Positions 18,210 to 30,500 of a DNA stretch of 64,000 bases are shown here, one piece after another. Both the position numbers and the translations under genes were made by a program. Numbering within the stretch: the first letter of the stretch is position 1; each line of letters opens with the position of its first letter. Origin of the DNA: a virus; IMG/VR virus record IMGVR_UViG_3300022200_000032, positions 13,856 to 77,855 of that record. One strand, 5' to 3'. The notes under the pieces were generated by a model that saw only the letters and a program-made list of their open reading frames with translations, was not told where the DNA came from and searched no databases.

Positions 18210-19199
18210 TTAACTACCTGACCATGCAGTTGAACTCATAGTTGGAGTTCCCCATGTGTTTGAAATATACGTAGTTGCAGGTGGTTTAATAGTCATTGTG
18301 GCTGTTAAGGTGCCATCAACGTTATCTAATGCCGATGCTGAACCATCCGGGAAGGTAGTTGTGTCTGTTGCTGCGTCTACTAACGTAATTCTATAGTAAA
18401 TATTTGCTGCTGATTTGTATGCTTCAACAGTTACATAGTTTGTGGTATATAGATATGTCGAGTCATATTTCTGCCAAAGTGTAACATACGTTCCGGTGTA
18501 ATCACGCCATCCTGTGTTTTCTAAATAAGTGGTAGGGGTTCCCGAACCACCAACACGTGTTGTGCCTGAATATATTGCGCTGCCAGCAATGCTAACATTC
18601 GATGTACCACCGCCCCCAGTAAAATATAATGTACCGCACGATGTTAATAGGTTTGACCATCCGGTATTTTTGTCATTGGTTGTACCACCTGAACGACTTA
18701 GTGTTAACGCAATACGTCCGCCTGCATTAAAGAAATAACGTGCTGCTGTTTCACTAGTAAATGTAACAGTATATGTTGTTTGTTGCTGCGTATACCAGGT
18801 ATTGGTGCCAGAACGTGTGCCGCCTGTTGTGATATCAGTACCACTTGCTGCACAATTTAATCTGTTATTAAAAATACTGGTAATGTTACCACTTAGTGCT
18901 GTATATGCGCTAATAGTATCACCAGTAGTAGGGTTAGTGATTGCTGTAATTGAAGTGCCTTGGTGATTGGCAATTGTGCTTACTCGATTAAGTAAGTTTA
19001 CCCATTGTGTTGCAGTAATTGTTGAACCCGTACTTACTGTGGAAAGGTTGCCAGATTGTCCATAACCTTTATCACCAGTCGCAACTGTTCCCCATACGGT
19101 GTTTACGTTTGCAACATTATGATCTACTGCACTAGCGCCACCTTGTACAAAAGTGTTGTAGTGATCATCTAAAATTGTATCGCCTGCTGTATATGCCAT
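18210..19199 (-). CDS. Virion structural / tail-associated protein (Thr/Gly/Ser-rich)
   Basis: MAYTAGD start, GYGQ, ARYFFNAGG motif; located in the tail module. Confidence 0.7.
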   Translation of the reverse strand: MAYTAGDTILDDHYNTFVQGGASAVDHNVANVNTVWGTVATGDKGYGQSGNLSTVSTGSTITATQWVNLLNRVSTIANHQGTSITAITNPTTGDTISAYTALSGNITSIFNNRLNCAASGTDITTGGTRSGTNTWYTQQQTTYTVTFTSETAARYFFNAGGRIALTLSRSGGTTNDKNTGWSNLLTSCGTLYFTGGGGTSNVSIAGSAIYSGTTRVGGSGTPTTYLENTGWRDYTGTYVTLWQKYDSTYLYTTNYVTVEAYKSAANIYYRITLVDAATDTTTFPDGSASALDNVDGTLTATMTIKPPATTYISNTWGTPTMSSTAWSGS

Positions 19200-19236
19200 G
19201 TTATATTATTCCCTTTGTATTAGTTGATTTAACAAC

Positions 19237-19321
19237 GCTATAATGTGCGGCGTTCTGCTTTTGCAGTAAAGTACTATACTTTTATTGTATTTCTACAAGC
19301 GTCACAACAATTTATTATAGC
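19237..19321 (-). ncRNA. Candidate structured 5'-UTR RNA (multi-branch junction)
   Basis: Closing stem GCTATAAT/ATTATAGC around hairpins UUGUA-GAAA-UACAA, AAAGUA-UAG-UACUUU and CUGC-AAAA-GCAG. Confidence 0.55.
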
Positions 19322-19340
19322 TGGGTATGTAAATCTTCTT

Positions 19341-20822
19341 TTAAAAATTAATTTTAACGACTGCTTCAACTGTGCCTTCGCCGGTTGTCTCTTTATTATT
19401 TAACGCACGACCAATAATATTACGTGCTGTTGCTTCACCGTCTTGTGCTGCACGGGCAAAGCCATTGCCTGCAGAAACTAAGCGATCGCCTTTATTCACA
19501 GTTCCAATAACTTTAACCGGCACACGTCCATTCATAGCGATTGGTGGGTGTGTAGCATCTGTACCTGCTTTTGCGTTCATTAAGTACGCCGCACGGTCTG
19601 AGATAACGCCAAAAACGTTTTCTGATAATTCTTCTACAGCTTTAGTAATTTCAGCAATACCGCCTAATTCTACAACAGTACCTGCTTCGTATTCAGCATC
19701 AGCTTCGAAGCGTTCTGCCAAGTCAGCGTATTCTGCTGTTGTTGCTGTACCATTAAATTCTGTGGCATAAATGGTAGCAAATTTAGCACCACCACTACCA
19801 AAATTTCGAGTACCGTCACCATCTGGCACAATATTGCCAGAAATTGTATTTGTACCATCACGATATAATAGATCGCCTACTGTACTTGTGGCAGCGTCTA
19901 CATATTGTTTTGTGGCAGCACCCAACGCCGTTGTTGGATCTCCGGCTAAAATAACACGACTAGTTGCACCATCAAGTGTCATAACGGTTGTTACTACGCT
20001 ATTATCGTTTACACGGAAAATAATATCACCATCTAGCGTGGCATTTTGTACTGTTACGTCCGATCCGCTAACACTAACACGGAGGTCTTGATCTTGACCA
20101 ACACGGAATCCAGTGTCGTTTAACACATATAATGATCCGGTTGTGCTATCGTTACCAATTGCGCTTAAGAAATCAGTGCTATTTAAATTATCAAGTGTGT
20201 CTGCATTTGTTGCAGTACCTTGGAAATATGAATTTGAAATAGCTGTACTTAACTGGATACCTGGTTTAATGCTTTGTAAATTCCAATCTCCCCCAACAGC
20301 ACTGCCAGGAGTAAATGTTGGATCTTTACTTACCATTGCTACGATCTTATCTTCAACCCAAAGTTGGACCACAACATGGTCTGCACTTCCGTCATTAATA
20401 GTATCAACAATTGCACCTGATGTGTCTGTGCCACTAGTAAACGCAGGTCCTACTAGAATAAAACTTGATCCGTCGTATACTTTTAGTTGGCTGTTAGTCG
20501 AATCAAACCACAAATCACCAGCAACATTGCTGCTAGGTGCGCTAGCACTTGATGTGGCTGCACCTAAATTTTTCCAGGTAGTGCCGTTATAAACTTTTAA
20601 CAAACCATTGCCAGTATCAAACCACATTTGACCACGCAGTGGTGCACTTGGTGCTGTACTATTTGCACTATTTTCCAATAGTTTAATAAAGTTTTCACCT
20701 AAAAACTCACCATAACCAGCATAGTTTTTACCAATAATAGTCATGCTTGATGATGTGTTTACTGTACCGTCAGCTACCGAAGCAAAAACTGTACCGTCTG
20801 TTTTGTTTATAGTATAAGCCAT
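19341..20822 (-). CDS. Tail fibre/baseplate protein with a probable C-terminal intramolecular-chaperone-like domain
   Basis: MAYTINKTDGT, GKNYAGYGE, G.LWFD repeats, AATKQYVD, YADLAE, GRVPVKV. Confidence 0.75.
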   Translation of the reverse strand: MAYTINKTDGTVFASVADGTVNTSSSMTIIGKNYAGYGEFLGENFIKLLENSANSTAPSAPLRGQMWFDTGNGLLKVYNGTTWKNLGAATSSASAPSSNVAGDLWFDSTNSQLKVYDGSSFILVGPAFTSGTDTSGAIVDTINDGSADHVVVQLWVEDKIVAMVSKDPTFTPGSAVGGDWNLQSIKPGIQLSTAISNSYFQGTATNADTLDNLNSTDFLSAIGNDSTTGSLYVLNDTGFRVGQDQDLRVSVSGSDVTVQNATLDGDIIFRVNDNSVVTTVMTLDGATSRVILAGDPTTALGAATKQYVDAATSTVGDLLYRDGTNTISGNIVPDGDGTRNFGSGGAKFATIYATEFNGTATTAEYADLAERFEADAEYEAGTVVELGGIAEITKAVEELSENVFGVISDRAAYLMNAKAGTDATHPPIAMNGRVPVKVIGTVNKGDRLVSAGNGFARAAQDGEATARNIIGRALNNKETTGEGTVEAVVKINF

Positions 20823-20849
20823 TTTTGACTAACTCCAATTCTTTAAACT

Positions 20850-20879
20850 TATTTATCAATTATTCAATCTACGCATATT
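20850..20879 (-). promoter_or_regulatory. Late promoter ATAAATA with upstream palindrome AATATGCGTAGATT
   Basis: T4-like late box at 20850-20856; GGAG SD downstream. Confidence 0.6.
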
Positions 20880-21537
20880 ATGTTGCGCTTAAATTCGTTA
20901 ATGTCTGGATACGAACTGTATAATCAATTTGTATCTGTCTGTTCAATGATTTTTGAACAGGGTGGAAGATAACATGAGTGATTAATTTCAAATCACTTGC
21001 TGAACCATTCCACGATTTTAATCCTAATTCATCAAATACAAACTCGCCATCTAGGTTGGTGCTATTATCAAACGCCTGTTGACCACTTGGTTCGCCATAA
21101 TCTAGCAAACAACTTACAAGAATATCTGTATATACACGTCCTGATGTGTGCAGTACAGTTAAGTTATTGCGACTGGTATCTGTGTTTGTTGATGAGTTAT
21201 CGTCAACCACCTTGCTATAAGTCTCGTTATATAGATCTGCATTTTGTCCGGTTGTGTTGGCTGGCAAGTAAGTGATGACTCCAGTTGGATCAACACTAGT
21301 GCCGCCGTTTCCAAAACTCATTTGATAAATGTATCCTAAGTTTTTGTTAGCAAGACTTTGTGCTAACGCTTCACTCATGTTTTCATAATGAATAGCGTTA
21401 CGCTTGTCAATAAACACTTCGTTGGTATTAGGATCAAAAATCTTAATGTGTCCTTGAATAGTTACCGTTCCTGATTCGTTAGGTTTTGTCTCTTTGCTAT
21501 CCATTTTCTTTTCTTGTTGTGCGTTTGTTTTTTGCAT
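20878..21537 (-). CDS. Virion structural protein (baseplate/tail-associated)
   Basis: KRNAIHYEN, FGNGG, FDELGL, THVIFHPVQKS; ATAAATA at 21544-21550. Confidence 0.7.
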   Translation of the reverse strand: MQKTNAQQEKKMDSKETKPNESGTVTIQGHIKIFDPNTNEVFIDKRNAIHYENMSEALAQSLANKNLGYIYQMSFGNGGTSVDPTGVITYLPANTTGQNADLYNETYSKVVDDNSSTNTDTSRNNLTVLHTSGRVYTDILVSCLLDYGEPSGQQAFDNSTNLDGEFVFDELGLKSWNGSASDLKLITHVIFHPVQKSLNRQIQIDYTVRIQTLTNLSAT

Positions 21538-21560
21538 TTTTATTATTTATGCAACCGGTT

Positions 21561-24500
21561 TCATAGGCCTTTCAGGAATTTAGCCGCAATGGTTGTTTGC
21601 TGTTGCAATGCAATTCCATCACTTGCGGTTGTTGCACCTTGAGCGTACCAGATCTCATTGTACGGTGTTTGCAATAACTGTCCGCGACTTAGATCAGTTA
21701 CTACAGATCCTGCTGAATGCTCTCGATGCATACCTGTTCCGGCTGTTCCTCTGCGTAATCCGCTTACTGTATTGTTGTCTAAGTCAACATCGCGATACGT
21801 AATTCGTTCACCATTTATTTCCAAAATACCAAAAATAGCAGCATCTAGATTAGGTGTACCCAATTTACTTGCATCATCGACATAGATAACATCATCTGTC
21901 CATTTTAGTGTACGTGTTAAGAATGTCTGACTACCGGTATTATTTCTATAAACTGCTACATTATCACGCATATCCTTGAATATGCGGAATCCTACTGCAT
22001 CTGGGACAACGCTGTCGGTAAACGTTGTGATCGCAATTACATCAGTGTCGCTTATTGAACCGCCAGCAATAACTAATGTGGTTCCTTCATTTGTAACACT
22101 ATAATCTGATCCTGGAAGCAGTCTACGTCCATTTAATGTCACCCACATTCTATCAGTATTCTCAACTACAGTTTCTAAGTCAAACACGTTAATTGTTGCA
22201 TAGGCACCGGTAGATCTATCAAATAAATCCATGTCAAACCCATATGTATCGAATAATTCTCGAGTCGCTTCTAGAACCGTAACTGGACCTTTGAAAATCT
22301 GTGTGAACACATCTTGTTCTCTCACATCTCTCCAGGCAGTTACAGCAAGCGTGTCTCCAGCGTTTAAATCAATTCCATATCCAGTCGCAATCACCAGTGT
22401 TTCTGAACTATCACCGCCCAATTCATATCCAGCGTGTGTGCCTTGTTGAATACCATCAATAATTTCGCCTTCAGTCTTGGTAACATAAATGTCAATTATA
22501 TCATACGGGCCCGGAACTTCTGCTAAGAAACTAATAGTACGATAACTACTTCCGTCTGCTGGATCTAATTGATAATCAATTCCGCTCACTTGTCTAACTT
22601 GATTAACGTATACCACAACTTCATCGTCATCTACTTCGCTCATATCGATACCAGTAGACATGCCATCTGGTAATTCGTATGTTGTAATACTAGAGCCGTC
22701 ACCAACATGACGTTTAGCTGTTGGTGGCTGCAATCTGCGGCCATTTAACTCAACAATTAAATTTTCTCGATTCTTATTATCAACGTCAATGCTCAATGTA
22801 AACGTATTTGTTGATCCATCACAAGTGAAAATTTCAGTTTCTGGATAACTGTATTCCAGATCAGTTATAGTTGATCCGTCTTCTGCAGGATTAGCACCAA
22901 ATACTGTGATGTTAATATAGTTGCTGTCTGTGTATGCATTGTCAAATTCAATTATAGTTTGGCTGACAAAAGAACCTTCTGCATAACTGTAGGACAAGAT
23001 TTCATCACCATCAACCAAAACCAGCACACTTTCGATACTATCATAGTTAATTGGAAGCACCAGAGTATTGCCTACAATTTCACCGCCCAAGTAAGAATTG
23101 CGATATAATTGATTTCCGCCGCCGATCCCATACACAAAAATCTTAACTTCATCAAGAATACCCAACCCACTATTTAACTGCACAGTTTTGTCTGCCCAGT
23201 TGACTGTATAATTAATACCTTCGTACAATCTTGTTCCGGTCGTTGCATTATATACGATTAATTCTGCTGGGTGCTGTACCAGATTACGATTTTCCAACGC
23301 AGACGTTGGTGCACATCTTGCATCAAGACCACCCCAGGCTACTATATTTCCTGCACCCGGATTAGCATAAACTATGCTCTTAACTTCGAATCCGTGACCG
23401 TTACCAAGGTAATCATAACCTGGAAGTGTATGGACTTTTAAGTCAAGTGTGTCAAAAATTGCTCCAGGAATTAATTCTTCTGGTGCATGTGAATTATATA
23501 CATCAATGAATTCACCACCAACAATATCAGCATCAGGATCAATATCACTTGGTGGACCAATTGTAACAGTTGGAGTTCGTAAGTATCCAAAACCTGGATC
23601 AGTAATAGTGATGCCAATAACGGATCCACCAACAATAACAGGAACACCGGTTGCAGGTTGTGTCGTGCGGGTGGGCGCACTAATAGTAATGGTTGGTGCT
23701 AGATCATATCCGGTGCCTGGATTAGTGATTGTGATACCAGTGACTTGTTCATTAACAACAATCGCAGTCGCAGTTGCTCCGGTTCCATGACTCGCCGTAC
23801 CCGTTGGATCACTAAATGTTACACTCGGTGCGGTTGCATAATTTGCCCCTGCATTTGTGATTGTAACACTATACACATTACCGTTTGTCATTACCGCTGT
23901 GCCTGTGGCAATATCATTAGATACGCTTGGATCTACTGCAATTGTTAGTGTTGGTACTGTTAAATAACCAGCACCTGCTGTGTCAATTGTCAATGATGTT
24001 ACTGCGTCGCCAGTTAAGTTTGCTGTAAATGCGGCTGTTACCGGTGTGACATCTGGTGCTGCAATAGTGATACTTGGAGTTTCTAAATACCCCCAACCGT
24101 TATCTGTAATTGTAAATCCTGTAACAACACCGCCACTTACGATCGAATCAACTGTTGCTGTGGTAACAGTTGTTGGAGGATCAATAGAGATTGTTGGAGC
24201 AATATCATAATAACTACCACCATTACTAACAGCAATACTAATAACCGCGGTATCATCTAATGTTGCAGTAGCGGTTGCACCAGTACCATGATTAATATTT
24301 GAATCTGGAGCAGCAATGCTTACTGTAGGCGCAGTTGTATATCCTGAACCAGGTTCAGTAACTGTAATACTTGTAACCCTTCCTTGTCCAGCATATAACG
24401 GTGCAGTTTCGCCGCTTACTGTTGCAGATGCCGTTGCTTGTGTGCCTCCACTAATGTCTGGGGCACTAATGGTAACTACAGGAGCAGATGTATACCCATC

Positions 24501-27500
24501 ACCTTCAACAAGAATAGTAAACGTTCCAATTCCGCCTTCAGTATCAAAAGCAACAGCATCAAATCCGTCACCGTCACCATCTACCCCATCAAAACCAACT
24601 GTAGTTGTATCTAATGCTACTGTTGCCGCAGCATTGGTACCAGCCGTTGGCGATGCCGGGGTAATAGTTACTGATGGTGCAGTTTGATACATATAACCCG
24701 GTTGATCTACACTGATACTTTGTACCTGATTGCCCCCAATTGTTGCTGATGCTGTTGCTTGAGCAGCAATTGCAGTTGGTGCCGCTACTGTTACAGTCGG
24801 GGCTGAACTATAATAATTACCAGCCACATCTAAAGTAACTGTGCTTAATTCATATCCGGCAATCGCAGCGGTTGCGGTTGCTGTTACACTTGCAGGCGGA
24901 GGAGTAACGGTTACTGCTGGAGCACTTGTATAACTGTTTCCTCCGTTCGTAATTGTAGTTGCTGTTACCCCACCAGTGCTACTCAGTGTAGTTACTGACG
25001 CTCTTGCACGTGATGTTACAATGCTTGGCGGATCTGAGAATGTAACTGTCGGTGGACCTGTGTATCCGGATCCATTATTTGATAACGTTACTCCGGTTAC
25101 GCTGCCGGCTGATATTAATGCGTATCCTGTGGCCGTTTCACCTGGCGAATTTGGTTGAGCCGTGATGGTCACAGTCGGAGTCGTAATATATCCGAATCCA
25201 CTGCTTGTAACCGCAATATCATCTACTGTTAGTGTGGCAAAATCAATAGTTGCAAGTGCTGTTGCTGTGATATTGTCGCGAGGTGCGCTAATAGTTACAC
25301 TTGGTGGTACATCTGCCGAATAACCTTTGCCTATTTCTGTGATTGTGATTTCAGAAATTTCAGTAGTGCTAGTATTAACAGTTGCGGTCGCTAATGATTG
25401 TACTGCGTCAATGCCAGATAAATCAACGCCCACATACGACCCGGTAAACGATGTAAATATTTCGTTATCAAGAATGCTTTCACTGTATGTTGGTAATCCT
25501 TCTGGTCCATAATCCAAATTATCAAATAAGTTGATATCATAATTGCCAACATCAAATCCAGTATTTGCGCCGAATCCTGGGCCCATTAATTGTACCCCTG
25601 GATAGTCTAATCCATCGATCAACAACGCTAAATCTAGGCCCGGATTGTTCACATCAGAAACATAAAATCCTGTTGTACGATCAATGCCCGAAAGTGTATC
25701 AGCAGCCACAATTTGATATTCGGCCGGATCAAATGTGGAATCACTTGCTGTAGATCCATCTGCATTGATTGCCCTGTATACACGATCATTAAATCTAACT
25801 AATTGGTTTTCATCATAAACTGTATTTGCTTCCCAATTAACAATTTGTGATGTGTATTCATATCTGTCGTATTTGATTGTGGTGTTTAATGAACGCACAA
25901 CAGAAGGTTTCATATATGCAGTCGCAGTTGCGCCTGTACCATTTCCGCCTGTGATAGTGATTGTTGGTGTTGTTCTGTATTCCCCATAACTACTACCAAC
26001 GATATTAACAGCAGATACCTCGCCATCTTCGTTAATAATAGCAACCGCAGTTGTTAAAATTTCAGAATCTCCAACGATCTCAACTTGCGGAGCAACAGTA
26101 TATCCTGATCCGCCATTGGTTACCACAATATTATCAATTATTAATAATCTGTTGTCGTACCATTGGTTCCAAGGAACTGTACTCCAAACAGTATCCTCAG
26201 TTTTTCTGTTGCTGATGTCTGTTTCTAATATTGCAATACCGTCGTCGAGTACCGGGCTTACAAATTTACTATATGTGGTATCATAAGCGGCTGGAACATC
26301 AAAGTCCATAACAGTACCATCGATCGTGTCAATGCCTTCGTAACGTAATAGGAATTCTTTAATTTTTACGTGATATGGTTTTGATTCGTTGATATAATCA
26401 AGTACAAAATCTTGATTATCCTTACGATATATTGCATATTCTTCAAGATTTCTAACCTTGTGGTTTACATCGATTAGTGAAGTTTTGTACAGCCAATCAA
26501 CACGACCTTGTTCAGCCAGAATGTAATTAAACACACTAATTAACAATTGATTGCGATGGTCTAAGAAGTCACCCGTTAAGAATTCTTCATTGATTGAACG
26601 AATAATATTACGCAATTCAAGAACTGGTTCTTGATCAAAATATTGTGCATCATAAACTTCACTGTCAAACCCATATCGATCAATAGTGTAATCGTATAAA
26701 GAATTCTTAAATTGAATTGTGCCATCTTGTAATCCAACACGGACCCAAGATCCACTCAAATATGCATATAATTCCCATTTGCCGTTACTGTTGGTATTAA
26801 CTTTTATAACTGTTCCTTCATCAGGAAAGTTAGTCAATAATTCACTATACGTGTTAACAATCTTGGACGGTTTCGTTAGGTTATCATAATTTGTGGCGTA
26901 CCAGTTTGTATATTCCCAATATCTGTTGGTATCATAGCTTTGTACTCTGACTAGATCTAAACCTAAGCTATTGTTAACTTCATAAATTGTCCACAGCCCA
27001 TTGTTGTTTTCATCAACCTCGACTAGGTAACGATAACCCACTCCTGCAACTGCTAAATTTTGATACCCTAACTCAACCAAATCTGCAACAGTCGCATTCC
27101 ATGCTCCTGAAGATGCTGTTGGAATTGATTCTTGTGCTGTCAGAAGGCTAAATGTTCTTAATTCGCTAAATGGGTGATCTTTAATTAATAAATTTGATTT
27201 GTCAATATACGTTTTGAGGGCCGCAAAGTTATTACGGAATAAACTCTTGCGAGGACGGAATTCAACACCGTATTTGTCCGTTGGACTTAAATTAAAATCA
27301 GGAACTTTATTTCCAAGTGTGTCTACCCCGCATAAGCTATCTTGCAATTTGCGATATAGCAAATCTGGTAAGAAATCATTGGAGTAATTTTCGCGAATTA
27401 AATCATACTCAACAAAAACATTATTATCTGTTAATGTACGATTATATTCAATATGCAAGATGCTATCATAATTGTCTGCAATGTACTCATCGGAATTATA

Positions 27501-30500
27501 TAACGCAACAACATTCTTGCGAATCAATGCTGCATATGGTATTCCGGATGCTTGTGGATTTTCAATATAGCTAGCAATTGCACGTGCGCTTAATGTTTTG
27601 TTCGCAGCTTTGTTTGTTATTGATCTGTTTTTAACCCAGAAGTAATAACGAGTGGTTACTGTGCGTGATGCATCAAGTCCACTAACTGCTGAAAATTCAG
27701 TACTATTTCGAACTGTACCTGTGCCGGTATATTGATTTGGTGGAACCGAACTTTCAATCCATTCATAAACATCAACAGAGCTACCCGGGAACAACTGTCC
27801 CCAATTTTTAGAACTATAAACAATGTCTTCTTGATTATAATTTAGATAACGTACCTGTGTTGTGTCCCACCATAAATTTCCCACGTGATCTTGAGCCCAA
27901 TAAATTCCTGATCCTGCTCTGCCAGCATTATATACAGCTGGATTAACCGCACCGATATAATCTAAATTTTGCTTGACTGGGCCTAGTAATTTTCCGTTAA
28001 TTGGATCGATAAAATCTAAATAGACAGAAACCAGATCAGTATCTTTGTTGTAAATATACAGATAGTTTGTTAAACGACTATCGACTACGGTGGGTTCTGA
28101 TTGTATTTCTTGCCAAGCCTGTACTCTGGTTGGGTTTTCAAATACAACTAACCGACCAATATTTTCAACTGTCGCATCATATCCTGGACTTGTTACTACT
28201 AGCAGATTGTCAGTAAAGTTTACTGCTGTGCCGAATTGATCAAGCTCATTAATATCAGAATCATAAATTTGTTGTCCAAATACAAATTTGCCTGGTGTCT
28301 GGTAATTTGAACTTGGTAATAAATCAAACGTATATGCTGTGCCACCTTCAATAATTGGATCAACAAACCGTGTCGTATCTGAATCATAAACTGTTTCAGT
28401 TAAGTTCTTGTTAAATGTTGTTGGAATACGTGCAATGGCACGATTAGCGCCAACAACTAGATTTGTCGAAGAATAATCAACATGGATGCTACTACCAAAG
28501 TGATCATATTCATTTGGTGCTGGGCTAACAATTGTTTGAACATTTTCAAATGGCACTAGGCCCAAGTCATCAAACGCTGTACCAACACCAGGCATGACTG
28601 TTAATTTGCTTAATATCGGTGCTTCGTCTTGATTAACGACACTAATAACAAGTTGCCCATCACTGTTTACATTTGCTTGCACATTTGGAATAATAGCGGC
28701 GTTGATATCTTGCGCTACTTGCTCTACAGTGGTATTAGTAAAGAACACATCCTTGTTGTCGATTCGAATTGAATCGCCAACTGATATGGTTGGATTTGAT
28801 ACTGTTCCTGTAATTGTACCAAATACACGACTTCTATTTAAATATCGTGTCACTGACCCTGCTTCTGGTAGTGCCCAATTATCTCTTGGTGCGCTAACAT
28901 ATATTGAACAATCTGTTCTACAAATAGTTTGCGCTTCACCAAAATGTGCCCCTTGATTGTTGTTGGTTAATGATAGTGTTTGGACAAGTTGAAACGTATT
29001 GATATCAATATCAATCTCGTCACCAACGTGCAACGTAACACCATTTGAAAAAGTCACAGTGTTCAAAGTTTCATTAATTGTATATGTTTGCGTACCCACA
29101 TTATTGATTGAATTTAACTGATGGACGTTATTAAGGTGTACAGAGTTTGTATCAGAGACGGATCTGTAGGTTTCATATGTTTTTACTGATGCGTTAGTTA
29201 CTACAAATCGCTCAACTGTTCTTTCGTAAACGTATACCTTGCCTGAATTTAGTAATGCACCGTTTGTGGCAGTTGGAGCGCCTACCACAAGTTGCTGTCC
29301 ATCACTAGTGGTGCCAACAGTTTGACCAAATCCTTCGCTAACAGATCCTGATATGGTATCTGTGTATCTGTAATAATCTTGTGCTCTGAACACAATTGAC
29401 GCATCTTCGGCTGGCGCTGTTGCAAAATCGATTGCAACCGTACTATCAATGTTAAAACTATAATCATAATATGGGCGTTGTAGTACACCATCGACGTATA
29501 CCTGAACCGCTTCTTCATCAATTGCGGTATATAATTCCGTGACTTCTGCAAAAGTAGTAGTACTGCCATCGCCGATGGCACTCACTAGTTTTTTGCGAGA
29601 AACCTCAACCACGAGTCCAGCGGCCGGAACGTCATTAATAGTTAATATGTTTGATGTGAGATTATATTCACTGGCAGTTAATGTTTCACCATTTAGAGTT
29701 ACTGTTATCTGCGTTTTGTTATCAACTTCGATGTAATTTGTAATATCATAACTAGCAGTGTTACCATTGGTTATAAATGATGCGGTCTGATCTTGATAAT
29801 CATTGCGGTTGTATGCGTATACTTTCCCAATGCCTGCGGCTGAAATATATATCCACTTCTCGTCTTCGGAAATCACTACATCGTAACCAAATAATGCACC
29901 TTCTGTGCCTATATCGGCATCAGGAAGGGTTAACACTTGATATTCTTGGAATAAATTAAGAGCTGGATCTTTGTGTATTACAACAGCGATACCCTGGTTA
30001 TTTTCGGTTTGTTTGGCACCAGCAATGAACCAATCAGATGCCATGGACACCGAATTGCCCAGATATGCGATATCTTTAACATCCTTCAGTACATTGCTAA
30101 ATGTATATCCAGAATTAGTTTTATTGTAGCAATACAATCCTCCATTTCCACCCAGGTGTCCAGGAGCGCCAACAATACACCCAGTACCGTTCAATCCTTG
30201 GGCAACGCTGGTACCAAATCCAATATCAGACGATGCACCGGTAGGAGTCTGACTCTGACTTAACGAAAATGGTACTTTCTTTTCATAAACTTTCCATTTT
30301 CCATTAACATCACTGTTTACCCAAATTTTGTCGCCTTCAAACAAACGTGTATTGAATTCACTATCTGCTGCGTCACTTGCTTGATCCAATCTTGCAGTAA
30401 CTAATTTAAACGCAATACCTAGTCCAGTTAACGTTGACTCGTTTCCGGAAATATTCCCATTAATAATAACTGAAGTTGCATCGTTAATTTTTCTAATACG

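Noticed and set aside
19372-25753. Many + strand ORFs of 60-160 aa opposite the tail genes
   Set aside because: Antisense shadows of Thr/Ala/Gly-rich coding sequence; no SD, motif or independent evidence.
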